Position numbers and translations under genes: made by a program. A stretch of 56,307 nt of DNA from Catajapyx aquilonaris (Eukaryota): NCBI GenBank assembly GCA_000934665.2, contig JYFJ02002472.1:1-56307 (forward strand), in the 5' to 3' direction. Numbering within the stretch: position 1 is the stretch's first letter; each line of letters begins with the position of its first letter. This document shows, piece after piece, positions 11,901 to 26,026 of this stretch. The notes under the pieces were generated by a model that saw only the letters and a program-made list of their open reading frames with translations, was not told where the DNA came from and did not search any database.

Positions 11901-14900
11901 CAAAAAGGGGAGTGGGACTGCGGCCCAGGGATTTAAATTGCAAGTGCCAAGCGTGAGTGCCAGAGGTTCTTGACAGGGCAACATCCGGGCCTGGACAAAA
12001 GCTCCTCCTGGGCCCACACCGTCTATTTGTACTGTGACCTCCCTCGAAAGGGCAGGGACGAACGACACTAATCGCCTCCTGACATCGCTTCCTCGACCTT
12101 TTTTGTCCCCTACCTGTCCATTCCGTGCCGTTTTTTTGTGCAGATACCGTCTTACTTATTCCGATGTCCCCGCATAATATAGGACCCCTATCTCTCAAAG
12201 AGTCACTCGAGTCAGTCTATCTCCACTGTCAAGGCAGGCAGCGGGCGGCCTGTGCCATTAATTAGCGCCAGTTTACAGGCTCATTAGGTACGATGGGGAC
12301 CTGGCTCAAGGGCCGTTTTGTGCTGCCAGGCGAGGAGGTGATGAACTCTTCTGGACAGCACAAAAGCACACATCTCTTCTTCCACATGAAAACATGCTTA
12401 TGGCAGCTGCCTCTATAGATCCCACCAAGTCATGCTCCGGGCACCATCCCGTCTACAGCACACAATGTTCCACATTTTTTGCCTGCATTTCCAAATTGCC
12501 ACACGTGTACTTTTAGGTCCTGTGCAAATTATTTACAGCGGGGCGTTGAATTTTACAGCCTATACCTTAGTCATTGTAGTGTCATGAGGGAGACTTAGGG
12601 TAAGGGCCAGAGTGGTTTATCTCGAGTGCCTCTGGAGTATGAGAGAAATGGATGTGTTTTTTTTGCAAGTAGTGGGTGGGGACATGGAGTTTGCCGAAAA
12701 GCGAATTGTATGATGGGGGTAGGTTGAAAAAGACAAATGCACACCCGTCAGCCGTAATGTGTGTAGGTTGTGAGGCGGATCAAGTGAGGCATAAAAGCGA
12801 AGGTTAAGGGCGAACGAAGTGAACGAACGCCCTTGGTTCGGAGGCCTTCTTGTGCCTTCTCCGCAACGTTCCCATGTAACCCCTTTTAGTCCGTACCGCA
12901 AAACCCAGCCACGCCCTACATGAACACACACACCAAGTATCGTACTGCTCTCATTTTCGCCAATCTTTCGCACCGCGCCCTTCACCGATACGTACTTTAC
13001 ACCATGTTGTCCCAGGTTTTATGCCTCCCTGGAAGCAATTTGTGGAGAGGGCAACGTTTGACCGAGGATCTCAGGGTGGCACAAAGGATTCCGTATCATG
13101 TCACGCGTTTTGTGCTGCGTGAGATTGACATCCACGCCCTGGACCTCCATCACTTTCACCCCCATGACGCTGCATCACCTGCACCTTTTCTTCTCCTCTC
13201 ATTCCTCATCATGGCTCTTCATCACATTCTTCGTGACTCCTGCTACAAGTCAAATCCTTTGTCACCTTGCCTATAGCAACTGACTATCATATATAGGTAG
13301 TAGGTACAGGGAATTCACATGGGCTTTCCGCAGGGTTGCTATACACTTTACAAAAAAATGTGAGAAAGCGGATCTTGGGAATGATATGCGGCTTGGAAAC
13401 TGGAGAGGTGATGGAGCGTGGCTCAAAAACCACATCAATTTTGATTACTTTTTTTACACTCTTTCTCCTTCCCAAAAAGTGAGTGGACTTGAGGGACGAA
13501 AAGAGTGGGGATGGAGGAAAAAGTATTTTACCCCCACCCTGCCCTCTTTATACTCTCTCGGTTTGCCCAGAAATAAATCAGATTAGCGCATTTGGGCGGC
13601 TCGGCTCGCGTGATGCACGCCCTTTCCCCCCTTTTGCCTGATTCAAGATTCCCTTGCTTTTTTAGAGAGTGTTCTCTGCTCTATGAAAGTGAAATCCTGA
13701 AACTCTCTTTGAGCATATGCTAGGGTCTGGAAACAATACCTGGCTTTAAATTATTTGCCAAATTAGATGATTGCCCTTGCATGATTCCTTTGTCGTCAAA
13801 GCTGTGGTTATCGTGATCGAAGACATTTTCGCTGGCGCCTAAAGACGAGCATGTTCACACGCCACCGAAATGAATAAAAAAGGCATGTCATCTTTCTTTT
13901 AAGCGGTTACTTTATTGTTTCCCCAGGAGTGGTGCACGTTCTCAAATTCTCCCTACGTGAAATTATGGGCACTGTGGTATCAAAATGTAACGAGGGAGTT
14001 CCTTGCGGGGTGGAAGGTGATGAGGCAGTAAAATTTAGGTAAAAAAATTAGTATGGCATAATTGATAATTGCATGGAAAGTACAGTCATGTTTAATATCT
14101 GGATTGTTGTTTTAGATTCAATAACACGTTCTTATTTTTCATAGTTTTAATTTAAAAGCTAGTGGTGTTGGTTTTCTGACGCAAATGAGAGTCGAAAATC
14201 TTGATATAAAGGTATGTTATAATGTTTAATGACAAATTAACACACCCCTTTGATGTGTAAAAGAGGGAATTATTGTGTGCAAACTTTGCTATTATTGTCA
14301 AAATATACATGCTATAAAACGTCCGCCGTGTCACTAGTTTATGCGACCAGAGACCTTACACATATAAGTAATTTCACGCGGCCGTGTTATATACACTATA
14401 GACGCCACAACAATTACAATATTCATTTATTAGTCTACTACCTAAGGTGCAAGCTGTTGTTTTTCATTTTAATTATGAGTTAGGGAGACATTAACTGTTT
14501 GCATGAAGTGCTAAATCTCTTGTAAAGACGCAACATTTACAAAATGCTGAGATATTGTCTATTTTATATTGCGGGCCAGACATACCTACCCCTTGTCATG
14601 ACTTCCTGCTAAAAACCGATGTAATGGAAAGTAATAAATTTATTGCTTGTCTTAATTCATGGACTATCCCAAACATGCCACCGTCATGTAAATTACAATC
14701 GTGACCAATTCCCATTGAAACTGGGGAAACAAAATAATGAGAAAACCCTATAAAAACTGACTTCCGCCAGGAAAATATATGTAACGGTCGCAAAAGTCGT
14801 AATGGCCATTTTATTTCTCTATTGTTGCCGCTTTACTTGATGTGGATAGTGATCCAAATTTCCCTACCTTTCATTTGTTATTTTATTTCCTTATTTATTT

Positions 14901-15200
14901 TGCTTTCACGTATATAATATTCAAAATACTGCATTATTGCAAACTTCAGCTGTATCACAAGAGGTTTTGTGTTAACCTATACTCTCCCCAAAATAACTTC
15001 ATTTTTGAATTTATTTATGCAGATGTCCCTATTAAAATCTCACTTCGAATTTCGCCCTGCAAGTTAATTGAATCATAGAGTTAACATTATTAGATTGCCT
15101 CATCATGTCATTTCTCCACAAATATTAAATTCGCTAGTAACTTGTTTACTTATTGAAGGAAAGCTCTCGTTTGAACTTTTAATGAGTTGAGATTATTCTT

Positions 15201-15231
15201 CCCCCCCCCCCCNCCCCCCCCCCACCACCCC
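15201..15231. repeat. poly-C run containing an N at 15213 (probable assembly join)
   Basis: Direct observation. Confidence 0.85.
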
Positions 15232-18200
15232 CAAGCCTTCAGAAAAATTCAGCCTTTGTTACTACTTACTACAAGGCTCTTTTGCTGGTATTTTGTTTGC
15301 AACATATCATTACTGCAATAATTTTGTACCTGTTACAAAAAAATATATATTGGGTCACCATATCAGTCGGCTAGTCTATTTGTTAGTAACATGCAAACCA
15401 ATTTTACATTGCGTGAAACGACCTGTGTACCGTACGCAAAGTTTAGTTTAAAACGGGTAATTTTCTGCCTTCTACCCACGCATATAAGCGTTGAGGTGGA
15501 TGGCTCACATAAAATGGAAAGTTTCTCTTTTGCAAAAATTCCCATGTAATTTTCTTCGAACCTTACTTTTGAAGCCCTGAAGAAGCGAAACGGAGACGCT
15601 ATGACCTTAACCTCTTCACGCTCACCTTTGCTCAATCACCTACTCTGGAAACTAATTTGGCAATTTTTTATCCTCCACTTTTTGGGTGACCCAAATTCCA
15701 TCAAGTCCCTTGTTAAATAACTATACGCCTACCACCGCCAATTTTTTTTGAGCTACGCATTCCTTCCTTCGTCATTTATAACCGCGAAAGTACCACCTTT
15801 TTTACACGTCAACGGAAAGCAAAAGTTATCGCATCTGACAAAATGTAACACTCGTAACAGTAGAGTTGATCGAGAATTCAATCATGTAGTTAATGTGGTG
15901 ATTTGGTTATTGCAATATGCGCCGCATAATGCGATATATGCTACAATAAAATAGCGGCCTTATTATGAAGTACTTGGAACGTCTCAAGTGTAATGTTGTG
16001 GCCAAAAAGTGGGCTTACCTATAGTCATTCCTTCTTCAGGTTTAATTTCACGGAATTTAAGTCTCGGTATTCGGTTGGGCAATGGAAAAATATGCGTCTT
16101 GTGAGCGTGCTAGGTGGAGATGTGGCCATTTTCTTTCTGTTTATTTACTTTGGTTCTAGAGGCGTCACCTCGGGCGAATGTCCTTGCAGACAGTTAAAAC
16201 CTTTCTCACGACGACGCCAGTATATATATTTTTTCTTTTACATTTCCATCCCTCCCTTGGAGCCAAAGGCGGACGAAAGAAGGAAAAAAAAATTCAAATG
16301 GCGGCAACTGCTCATCCGAGAAAAATAACTAACCAGCCATTTGTGCTCATCTTTTGCAAAAGTCGTGCCTCGTTTACAGTGACCAATTGCTCCCGTCCGA
16401 ATTATTTGAAAGCGCTACCGCCTTTAATAAAGTTTGTGGGCCATGTCAAAATGACTGACTCATTTCTTCCTCGAGATGGGAAATGTCTTCTGATGACATC
16501 TTCTGAGTTACGCTATTTCCCCGCAAAAAAAAAGTGAACCTTGAGGGTAGATCCGTGATCTTGAAATATTCCCGGTAAAAAGGCCGGGTCAAGGAGGGCT
16601 GGAACAAAAAGTGTGGCCAGAGGGTGAACTATTGCGACCACCAATTGGATGCCGCAGGAGCGGTGCCAATTGACCTTATAAGGAAAAAAGGTAAGGTGGG
16701 TGTAGAGCGCATCCCTTAGATTCAGAGGAAGAAGTGTTGTCGACCTTGGCAAGGTCGTCCAAGGATATATAGATGGATGACACCGGGAGTCGATGAGGAG
16801 GATTAGATGAGAAGTCAAGGAACCCTCAGACTAATCAACCCATCCACTATTACTACTCCCCGCCCAAATGGCCCAATCATCCATCTCCACACCTGCCTTT
16901 TCGTCATGATGTCATTATATAGCATACCGTGCCGTCAAGCCAAATTCGCGGGTTGGGCCGCCGGTATATTTCGCCAACTCCACCGACTTGTTATTGTTAT
17001 TATTTCTGGGCAGCACGTGCAAAGACGCCGAAAATAACAGCATGCAAATGGCGTACCTGACTAGAAAGCGAAATTGCACATTTCCAAAGGAATCTAATGG
17101 TTGGATGGAGCCGGGGCGGGGACCGGGACACAATATGTGTTGAAGTGGAGCCATGTTTCTGGTGGTGCTATGGGAGAAGGTCAGCGACACTTGACAGTGA
17201 AAGATATACGGTGGGCGGGTAACAGGAGACGCGTCTTTTCCAGATACACTCGTGCCCACCCTGTGTGCATAGAGGTGACGTACCATATGCAAAAGAGACT
17301 GCAAGAAACAACGGTTATATAAACAATAGCGAGACAGACCATTATGCACCATATAGGCCCACGTATGTGTAACTGTCGAGTTGAAACGGTTTGGAAAGTG
17401 CGCCCACATTTGTTGCTGCGTGGCCACCACCAGTTCTCATTGGATGCATATGTAAACCACTTTGGTTTTCACGCGTGCTCCTAGAAAGCGAACCCAAAGA
17501 AATTCTAATTGGACTTGGAGACTTTTGTGCTTTTCTAGATGCCCATACTCCAGTCCGAACTTTTGCATTTTTGAATTCAAAATGAGTCAAGCTTGGCCTG
17601 TTCGTGTTTCTCTTTTTGTGGTGACTAGTAGCGCAGTATGTAAGCCTAATTTGTGTGTGGAATGTTTAGAGAGAGAGGAAAAAAAATATTTGTTCCCAGC
17701 AATGGTATAGAAGCCAAATGACATTGGAGGGCATTGGTGTGTCGGTGCGTGCAGAGGGAAAAAGGGGGCAAGTGGGTCTTACCTCAAGACCTCCAAAAGA
17801 AAGAAAAATTCTTTCCGCTCGCTTTATGCTCCACCAACTGAGTCCTCCGTTGACTATTACTTCTTTTCCCACCTCTTGGCGAAAAGGCGACGGACGTGCC
17901 TCCGTCTCACTCTCCTAACTTCCTAACCTTTCTCATTCACCTCCGTTCACCTCCTAGTTAACAGCAATCTCTGAAAAAAATGGTTTAAAAAAATATTGCA
18001 AGAACTGCACTGGTGGTAAACGGCGATGTGACACAACTGTCACTGCCATTGCCATTCACATCATCAATATTGTCGCACTTTCACTGGTACCATCACGTAA
18101 CTGCATGAGAAGTTGCGGTATAATATTTTGACGAACCATTTTCTCGCTAATGATCATGACGTTTGCATGTTGTTATGGCACTCTTTGAATAATAATTGGG

Positions 18201-18577
18201 CGATATATCTATGGGAAGGTGTTTCCCACAGAGAGTGTGAGTGAAGTTATTAGTGCTGGTATGTGGGCACATTATGGCAACGTGGCCTCCCCCACCTGTG
18301 CTCACCTCTGCTCACCCATGGGCAGTGGAGTCCGGCCCATTCCCCCTCCTCCCCCACCATCTCCCTCCCCCACCTTTTTCTGCCCACTACTACTGCCTCA
18401 TTTGGGGCGTCGACTCTTTCCATCCAGATCCAGTCCTTTCCTTTGGCCCCTGCTTACTGGACGCCCGAATCGGATGCTCTTCCCCCCGTCCACCCAAGTT
18501 TGTTCAGCCTTGCTCCCGCGTTGCTGGACACCAGCCAGCACATCTCAGTGCCATCCTCCACTTCTGCTCCTTCAGCC

Positions 18578-18639
18578 ATGTGGACCCTACAGAGGCCATT
18601 TGGTGGGACAGGGGGAGGGATGCGGAAAAAAAAGATTAG
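18578..18639 (+). CDS. Candidate alternative first coding exon of the expansion-like gene (MWTLQRPFGGTGGGMRKKKI-S)
   Basis: gccATG at 18578, ends AG|GTGAGT (consensus donor) in phase 2, followed by AT-rich intron-like sequence. Confidence 0.42.
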
Positions 18640-21600
18640 GTGAGTCGCCTATATCTACATATTTATTTATTTATTTTTCGTATTTTCAAGTCTTTAGTTG
18701 ATTGCAAACGGTGCACTTGGGGCAGTATTTACATAAGAGCTTTCTCGCGCTGTTTACTACCGGCTGATCAATCCATGTAGAGATTTTCTCACATATTATT
18801 GCAGGGTTTCGCAGGTTTTGGAAAGTTCCGGAAACGGTGGTGGTTGGGTGAACTTCGTTATTCATGATGAGGTGTTTGATGAGGCTGTGCCATGCGCAAT
18901 TATTAAGATGCAACCCTTACCGTACAGGCCAGTTATCCAATAGCTGTATCGACGAAAAAAATATGCATAATTATTAAGACACTTCCACTGTAATTAACAG
19001 ACTCTTCCGTGGGTGCTACTAACTATCAACAAAAAAAAACAACTGATAAAGCTGGGTACATACAAGTTATGCATGCATGGATGTGTACATTTTCGTGCAG
19101 GTGTTACAGACGGAATAAGCAAAATGGTAACGACCGCGTCGTTCTTTCGTGTAGGTTTACACGGTATGGAAAATATTGTTGGAGGGGGTGTGTTTTTGCG
19201 TGCGGTTGGGGGGATGTGTGGGAGAAAGTCGGTTAGTTAGTTTTTTACTCGCACGAAACCCAATAATTATTTTGGTTCTTTAAACAAGCGACATTCCAGG
19301 CGCAAGAAAACGAAAACGAAAAGGGTGGGCCCCGTGAGATATGAAACTGCTGGGTGCAAGGCGAAATCATCTCTAGTTTTTTTTTTCTTCTTCTTGTTTT
19401 CCCCTCACCCACCCCCTTTCTTGGGTCAGTAGAGGGGCTTTGAAGTGCGTCGAGTGCAGCGTGAAAAGCCCAATTAGACCGCGTTTTCTCGCTTTTTTGT
19501 TACATGTCAGGGGCCGTTAGGATTTTTACGGAGGGAGGGTTCTACGATATGCCAGATTCCTCTAGGGCACGATTGATAGCGATGAAGGTGGAGGAAAAAG
19601 GATGCTTTGGCCTGAGGATATGCACGAGACTGACTGAGGAAATATAAAAGAGGGGGGCCGAAAATAGCTAAATATTGGGTGGAAGAAACGATTTGGTCAG
19701 CACCACTTTCACTTTCTAGACATAAACAAGGGTGTGAGGCTGGCTGCTTCTTCGTACGTACACCTCACCCCCCCTTTCACTTGGGCGATTTTCGTTCCAT
19801 CCAGTTCAATCCCAAGCTTGTTTGGATCGGAGGAGAACTAGGTCAAGGTTCGGGGTTTGGAACGTTAAGGCGTGTACCTGGTTTTAGGCGGGGTTCGACA
19901 GGACAGGTCAGGAAGAGATGTGTAATAATTTCCTGAAAGATGGATGTTCTTTTGCACCACTTTTAGCATAGGAAATGTTTGAAAAATAAAGCGATTTGGG
20001 TCAGTGTATTGGGCAAAGGAGATTGGGGAATGCCAATGTCGTAGGGCGAGGTGAGTGAAAGGATGAGGTTGTTTTCGGCTCCAACCTTGCTCTTCTCTTT
20101 TTCCCGGACCTTTGCAGTTGCTCGTAGATCACTCTGACTTGCACAATCGGATGACTCTCACCGGATATCTGTTGCATCATATATAACTCTGCATGACTTT
20201 TCATACCGCGTGAGGCTTGCCTTGTGTGGGCGATGCACCGCGATCGTGTTAACGTTCTAATGTGGAGTGAATCATACTTCACGGATTTACTTCTGGCATT
20301 TAATGACCTACCGCTTAAAATGGACATGGTTTCATGATCCAACTAGGGAAGAAACGTGTGGGAAGTTATGGCATTATTATTTTGGGGGTTTAATCACTGT
20401 GAGTCGGTTTATGTTTGTCTGAGGGACCGAACATTCTGAGAAAAAAAGTGTGGGATTCACAAAGATTTACTTGGGGGATTCACCTAAACCAAATAGTTGT
20501 GCTTACCAGTGGATCTGAGAGGGTAAGCAACCTTTACAAGTAAAAACAGTAAGAACGGATGTAATGATTTGCGCTAGTGGTGTGATGATTCCAACCGTGT
20601 TGTGTTACGCCGTAACTACTGAAGTCAATCAGTGCATTATGGAAAGCCGGAATGCGGCACTGGTACAGTATATAGAAGCTTATACAGTCGTATAGAAGTT
20701 TACACAAATTGAGAGACCTTTATATTCAACAAATGTAATGTTTTTGACGACGTGGACCTATACTTTGTAGAACCTTGAGAGATGCAATGGCGACATTGCT
20801 GATAAGATGCCCTTTGAAGCATATTGCCTTGCATTAAGCCCGTGTAAACAAACATGTTATAATAGTTTCTACCTTGACAAGGCCGCGTGTAATGTGGGAG
20901 GAGTCGCAGCTGCATGGGGAATATTCCGGCAGTTTAAGGTTACCCTAATAAAGTTATTTTGGCTAATGTGATGCATATCATTAAATCATCAAAATGTCAT
21001 AACAATTGGGGTTAATATTATACAATCAAGAAATTATCGTGACGAGGAAAGTTACACTACGGAAAATTATTGCTGATAGTGCCCTAGATATATTCATCGA
21101 TATTCGATGAGTCTATCGTTTATTACCTGAAACACAAGCACTCCACTGATATGTCAGATTTTTTAGAGGCCCTCTCTGTATGGGGTTAGAATCATCGGGG
21201 CCTCCTGCTTGGCGAGATGAAATAGAGTCGCATGAAAACTATACAAGAAAGAGCACATGTGTTACTCCTACATATTATGCAGTACCGGGTACTCAAGTGT
21301 CAGGCCGTACGATTTTTTCCACTTTTAGTTTAGTCGAGACTATAACTTCAGTAAGATTCCATTGTCAGAGTCAGGCAGTAAATGGTACGAGAGTAACTGT
21401 TGATCACGCCTGAGTAGACAAAGCCAATAAAAAGCCTTTCGAATTCACTGTGCTCTTTACCACAACCAGTCAGCAAATAAGTCTTAATCTGCGATTACAC
21501 AGCAAAGTTTTTGGCTACTCAAAAATTCGTCGACATGTGGCAGGCATCACGCATCAGTTGCATATTTTCCATTAGAAAAGAATTCGCCACCAGCTATATG

Positions 21601-24600
21601 ATTCTTAGAAACGTGTGACTCACATGGAGCGCGTGATTCTTATTTACATTTTTTTGTCGCCTGTGAAACGGCACACCTGAGTCATGTACCCTCAAGAACA
21701 GTTTTTGAACGTCACTCCAGCACTGCCATCTCCTGCTGCATCAGTTCTGGTTACGGAGAAAATATATCGCGTCCTTACGACAACTCTCGTACCACACGCA
21801 GAGAAGATTAGTAAATGCCGTTGCCATTCGCTCGTGGAATTATGGCGGCTGTCCGTTAATTCTTTCGCGCTAATTAAACAACACCACGTGGAAGATGGAA
21901 GAAGTCCGTCCTCGGAGTGGGCAGCGAAGGACCGGATTTATATAGGCAATATAGCTGTCGTTGTTTGCGTATTGGCTGGAGACTGGGAAGTAGCTACACA
22001 GGGTGGTTGTCGTCACACGCCATCAGACTCAGGTAGGCAGGCAGAAGGTGTGTAATCCATAGAAGGTAGGCAGAAAAGAGGCGGAGGAGGAAGGGATGGC
22101 AATCCCGTATGGGCGCCCAGCTCTTTTTGGCCACTTGCCGTCCGGAGTCAACGGCCGGCCAAAGGTCAAGGACGCTACCCCCCACTTACGTCACGTTGCC
22201 CCCGCGATATTAATTAGCGGTTTGTTTGCTCTGACATTAATCCCGCTTCCTCCCGACATCCGTTTCATCTGGACCGCTTTGTCCCTTTCATCCGGTGAAG
22301 TCCCTTTCTCCTGGAGTTGAATGCGCGAATCGCCCGGCACACGTTCTTTGCCTGTCCGTGCCCTCATCAGCCACCTTGCCCTCTGAGCTATCAATTGTTG
22401 GGACAGTGACTCATGCCATTATTGCCGAGGAGAAATATTCCATTTTTTTAAATAAGCAGCCAGCGACTGAAATTGTAGGTCGTGGATCCCATGTATTGTT
22501 TCGTCTTCTCCAGATAGCATATCCTCTAGCGTCTAGCCCACAGACCCACAACTGCAGCAAAACACAAATGTCGTGAAGGCATAAAAACTGTAATTGCACC
22601 CTAATTGACTCGAGTCAAGTTCGTGCTTATTTTGCCTCCATTTTTTCCCACGGATGTCACACCACCACACGTATAATATGACCCGCGAATATGCGGGCAT
22701 ACAAAGTCGGGAACCTGGCCATCGTATGTAATTAGGGCAATTATTTTTTGCGATATTCCCCTCCCCCCGACTATGCCGTCCATTAAACTTATAATGGAGA
22801 GCAATGGGCCAGAAGAGAAAATGTTCTTCTCTCCCAACTTAAACTACATAATCAACGAATCATTCCATTAAAAGTATCTTGGGAATATCTGATTGCCTTA
22901 ATACCACCATGTTTGGGGAGGTCTCTCCGGAGATTGGTTATGAGAAAATTCCAGAGTGCTATTACGGCATAAGTGCAAGGTGACCTCAACTCCACTGACT
23001 GGCGGACCAGTCACGTATTCTTCGAGCGAACGATGGGAAGGTTTTAAAAAAAGAGCCATGAAGAAAAGGGCGAGGACCTCTCCTGGCAGAATGCTGTTGT
23101 CTTCCGGCCCCCGGGGGATTGGGATTCCCCCTAAGACTCATCTTGGACACACCATCAGCATGAGTCTGCTGCATCCAACAGGTGCACTTGGGGCTGAAAA
23201 TCCAGGTGTTTCAATTTGGGATCAAAGACTGCGTGTGTGTCCTGTGGGTGCAAAAGACTTTTCAGGGGCACTCATTTGCATGAACATGAGCTAGTACTTT
23301 TCTTCCATCCGTCCGGATTTTTCTGGCCGGCTTGTCCAACTTTTTTTGGTGACTTGTTCGACCTTCTGACTTGGAGGTTATTGCCGCTTTTTTTCTCATT
23401 CCTTCTGCTTCACCCTCACTGGGTGGCGTTTTTTACGCTTGAGGCTTCCAGATCCAGGCATTCCAAAGTGCCGGAATTTCTTCTTCTGGAATGCTTTTTG
23501 CTTTGGCCCACCGGAAGCTGGAATTGGTAATAGATCTGACTAATTATAGGGTGGATTGGGCAATTACGTAATTTATCAGTTTCGTTTACAGCACAGTTAG
23601 CATGAGGAAGATGTCTGCCGTGAAAATTAGCTTATGCAGTGGTTGTTTTTCAAAGAAGAGTCAAACGAAATAATTACCGAGATGGGCAGTTTGCGAGTAA
23701 TTGGCCTGCTTGTTTTACGACCTGTAAGCAGAAATGAACTTGTCTTCTGGATGTGGTCGATGCGGAAAAGTGGAGGACCTTGCCCTCGTGTAGTTGCAAG
23801 GAGATGTTCCTCCGGCCCGACTTCATCCGACCTGGTCCTTGACCCCCCGTGAGCACTGCCCGCCCTATCTTTTTGGTTGCTCTTCTCCAAAAAAAGGGTG
23901 AGTCCGGTCAGTGTGGCGCCCTCAAAGGCGCGTGCACACCTGTGACGTCACCGAGGTGACTGCCCCCAAAAACACCTATGCCTACCTGACTGCTCGTAAT
24001 AATGACGTATTCCGAGGGCAACCCCTCCCATCCTCCACATCTCATCTGGCAAGGTCGTCTCTGAACAGCCAAGGAAGTCCCTGACTTGCACCATTTGAGG
24101 GTAATTAATGTATAGAAAGTGTATATCTGTTGACAACGGTCCAAAAACCTGAGGCTTAAAAAAAAGTCGATTTGATGCTGCTTCCGTAAAATTTATTCGA
24201 GAGAAAGCGCGGTCGTATATTTGGCACAAGTCCACTGGGGAAGCAAGCTGTGGTGTTGTCGTGTGAGCATGTCGCATGACACTTTATATGATGTAACCGG
24301 GTCATTCCGTGCCAAATGGACCGGAGTTTATTATTGCGAAAAAAAACAAGGCTCAATCGTGGCGGTTATATGGCTTCCTCTTCCTGCACCGGTCCTTCCA
24401 GAGGCGTGGCCTCAATTTATATGGTTGCGATTAGTGAAAAAAAAAAATGATCACGATTTCTTGAAATTGTGGATAAAGTGTGGCAAGGTGTTTCAAGGTT
24501 TGACTTTTTGGGGTAAATTGCTCGTTTCATGAACCACTTAAATTTGAGTGGTGTGGCCAGAGCTGCATTGCCCGTAAAAGGGTTCGACATCGATGCATAA

Positions 24601-26008
24601 GCCGCGCCTTTTTGGTAATATACTACAGACACAACGTTGTGGCCCAATTATTACTAAATGGGAACAAGTAATTTTGAGCATGCGGAAATTTCTTTCGACC
24701 AGAACTCAGAAGGAGATGCTTTCTCTGAGTAGAATATTTTTGTAAGAGGGCTAGTAGCTCACTACCCAACATCTTCCTGATTGCTAGAAAGTTGCAGTTG
24801 CAAAGTTTGTGTATAACTTTTGTTATTTTGTTTTACTTCAATGCAAATTCTGAAGCATAATAAATTGCCGAGTACAAGAAATGTGAAATAATAACGTCGC
24901 AACATTATTTTTAAATACAGCCACAGTTCAATATTGGAATGTCGTGCTAAAACTAACCTTTGCATGATGTACTTGATGATAAGGGGGTGGCACGAAAACT
25001 AGTTAGTGCATGAGCAACTAGGTGTAGATAATTGACCAATATGTTGCGATAACTGATTACTGTGGGAATGTCGCCCTACATCCTAGTACAAATTGAAGGT
25101 TGAATGTAGGAGGAGGAACTCGAATGATGCGGAAAGGCAGGTAACTTTGTAAGGTTTATAGAGGGCGGGACCAATGATGGCGCAATATTGGTCTCGGTCT
25201 TGCCCCAATAGTTGGGGAAAAGCCGGGCCAGGAATTTTGGGGCCAAACAACAGTCGGCTTTCTCTTTCCGAGTGATCTCCTCTAATTTTTTGCAATTTTT
25301 TGACCGATTTGTGGTGACCCAGTTGTAGTCGACCCATTGCCCCAGGAGTCGTCCCATTGTCCAAATGTCATAACTGCGATTCCTGTCCCCCCACTCAGTT
25401 TTCTTTATTTTTTGCTTCCATTCTTCTCTCGGTTCCTTGCAACCGGCAATATTGGCTTTTATTATACTTGAATTATACTCATTCAGGTCAGCGCAAGCAA
25501 CTGCCGTCAACCAAAGAAACGCAGTCATAAATGCTCGTTATTGTTTATTGTATTCGTGTTTCAGTCGACGTTAGGGAATTAAAACCGCCAAAAACTATTT
25601 CAAAGCAATATATTGATGAAGCAAGTGGAGCATTATTTCCCAGCTACCTTGCCAGGTATGTTAAAAAGGCGGTTGTAAACATTACGCAACACAGTAGCCA
25701 GTGTGTGCACCAGTCATTAATAGGTCCAAAGGACATGAGCATAAAACTAGCCGGGACACGGTGAAAGGTTGTCTACTTGGATACATTCTAAGTCGAACCT
25801 AAGCGGCAATTTCGCAGATGTTGTAGTTTGTAGGCAAAGAATGGCAAAAGCCTGTAATCGTGGCTAGTCGCCTTTAGTAGCTTGAAGGGCGAATAAGGAA
25901 TCGAAGGCGGGCAAAAGTATAGAAAGGCAAAAGAGTCTCGGAGCCAAGCTGGTTCGTTTGTCCTTGCCTCGTTCAATTCTCCCTTGAGTAGGAAGTTCCT
26001 CTATATGA

Positions 26009-26026
26009 GTGTGTGTGTGTGTGTGT
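26009..26026. repeat. (GT)9 microsatellite
   Basis: Direct observation. Confidence 0.9.

Noticed and set aside
20001..20056. Inr-like TCAGT and donor GAG|GTGAGT
   Set aside because: No in-frame ATG (only a 4-codon uORF); cannot be supported without transcripts.
23794..23903. Open phase-2 frame ending GG|GTGAGT
   Set aside because: No ATG, and the entry phase is incompatible with the upstream exons.
25076..25528. 150-aa minus-strand ORF as a nested gene
   Set aside because: No recognisable domain, splice partner or coding-like composition; within chance ORF length.
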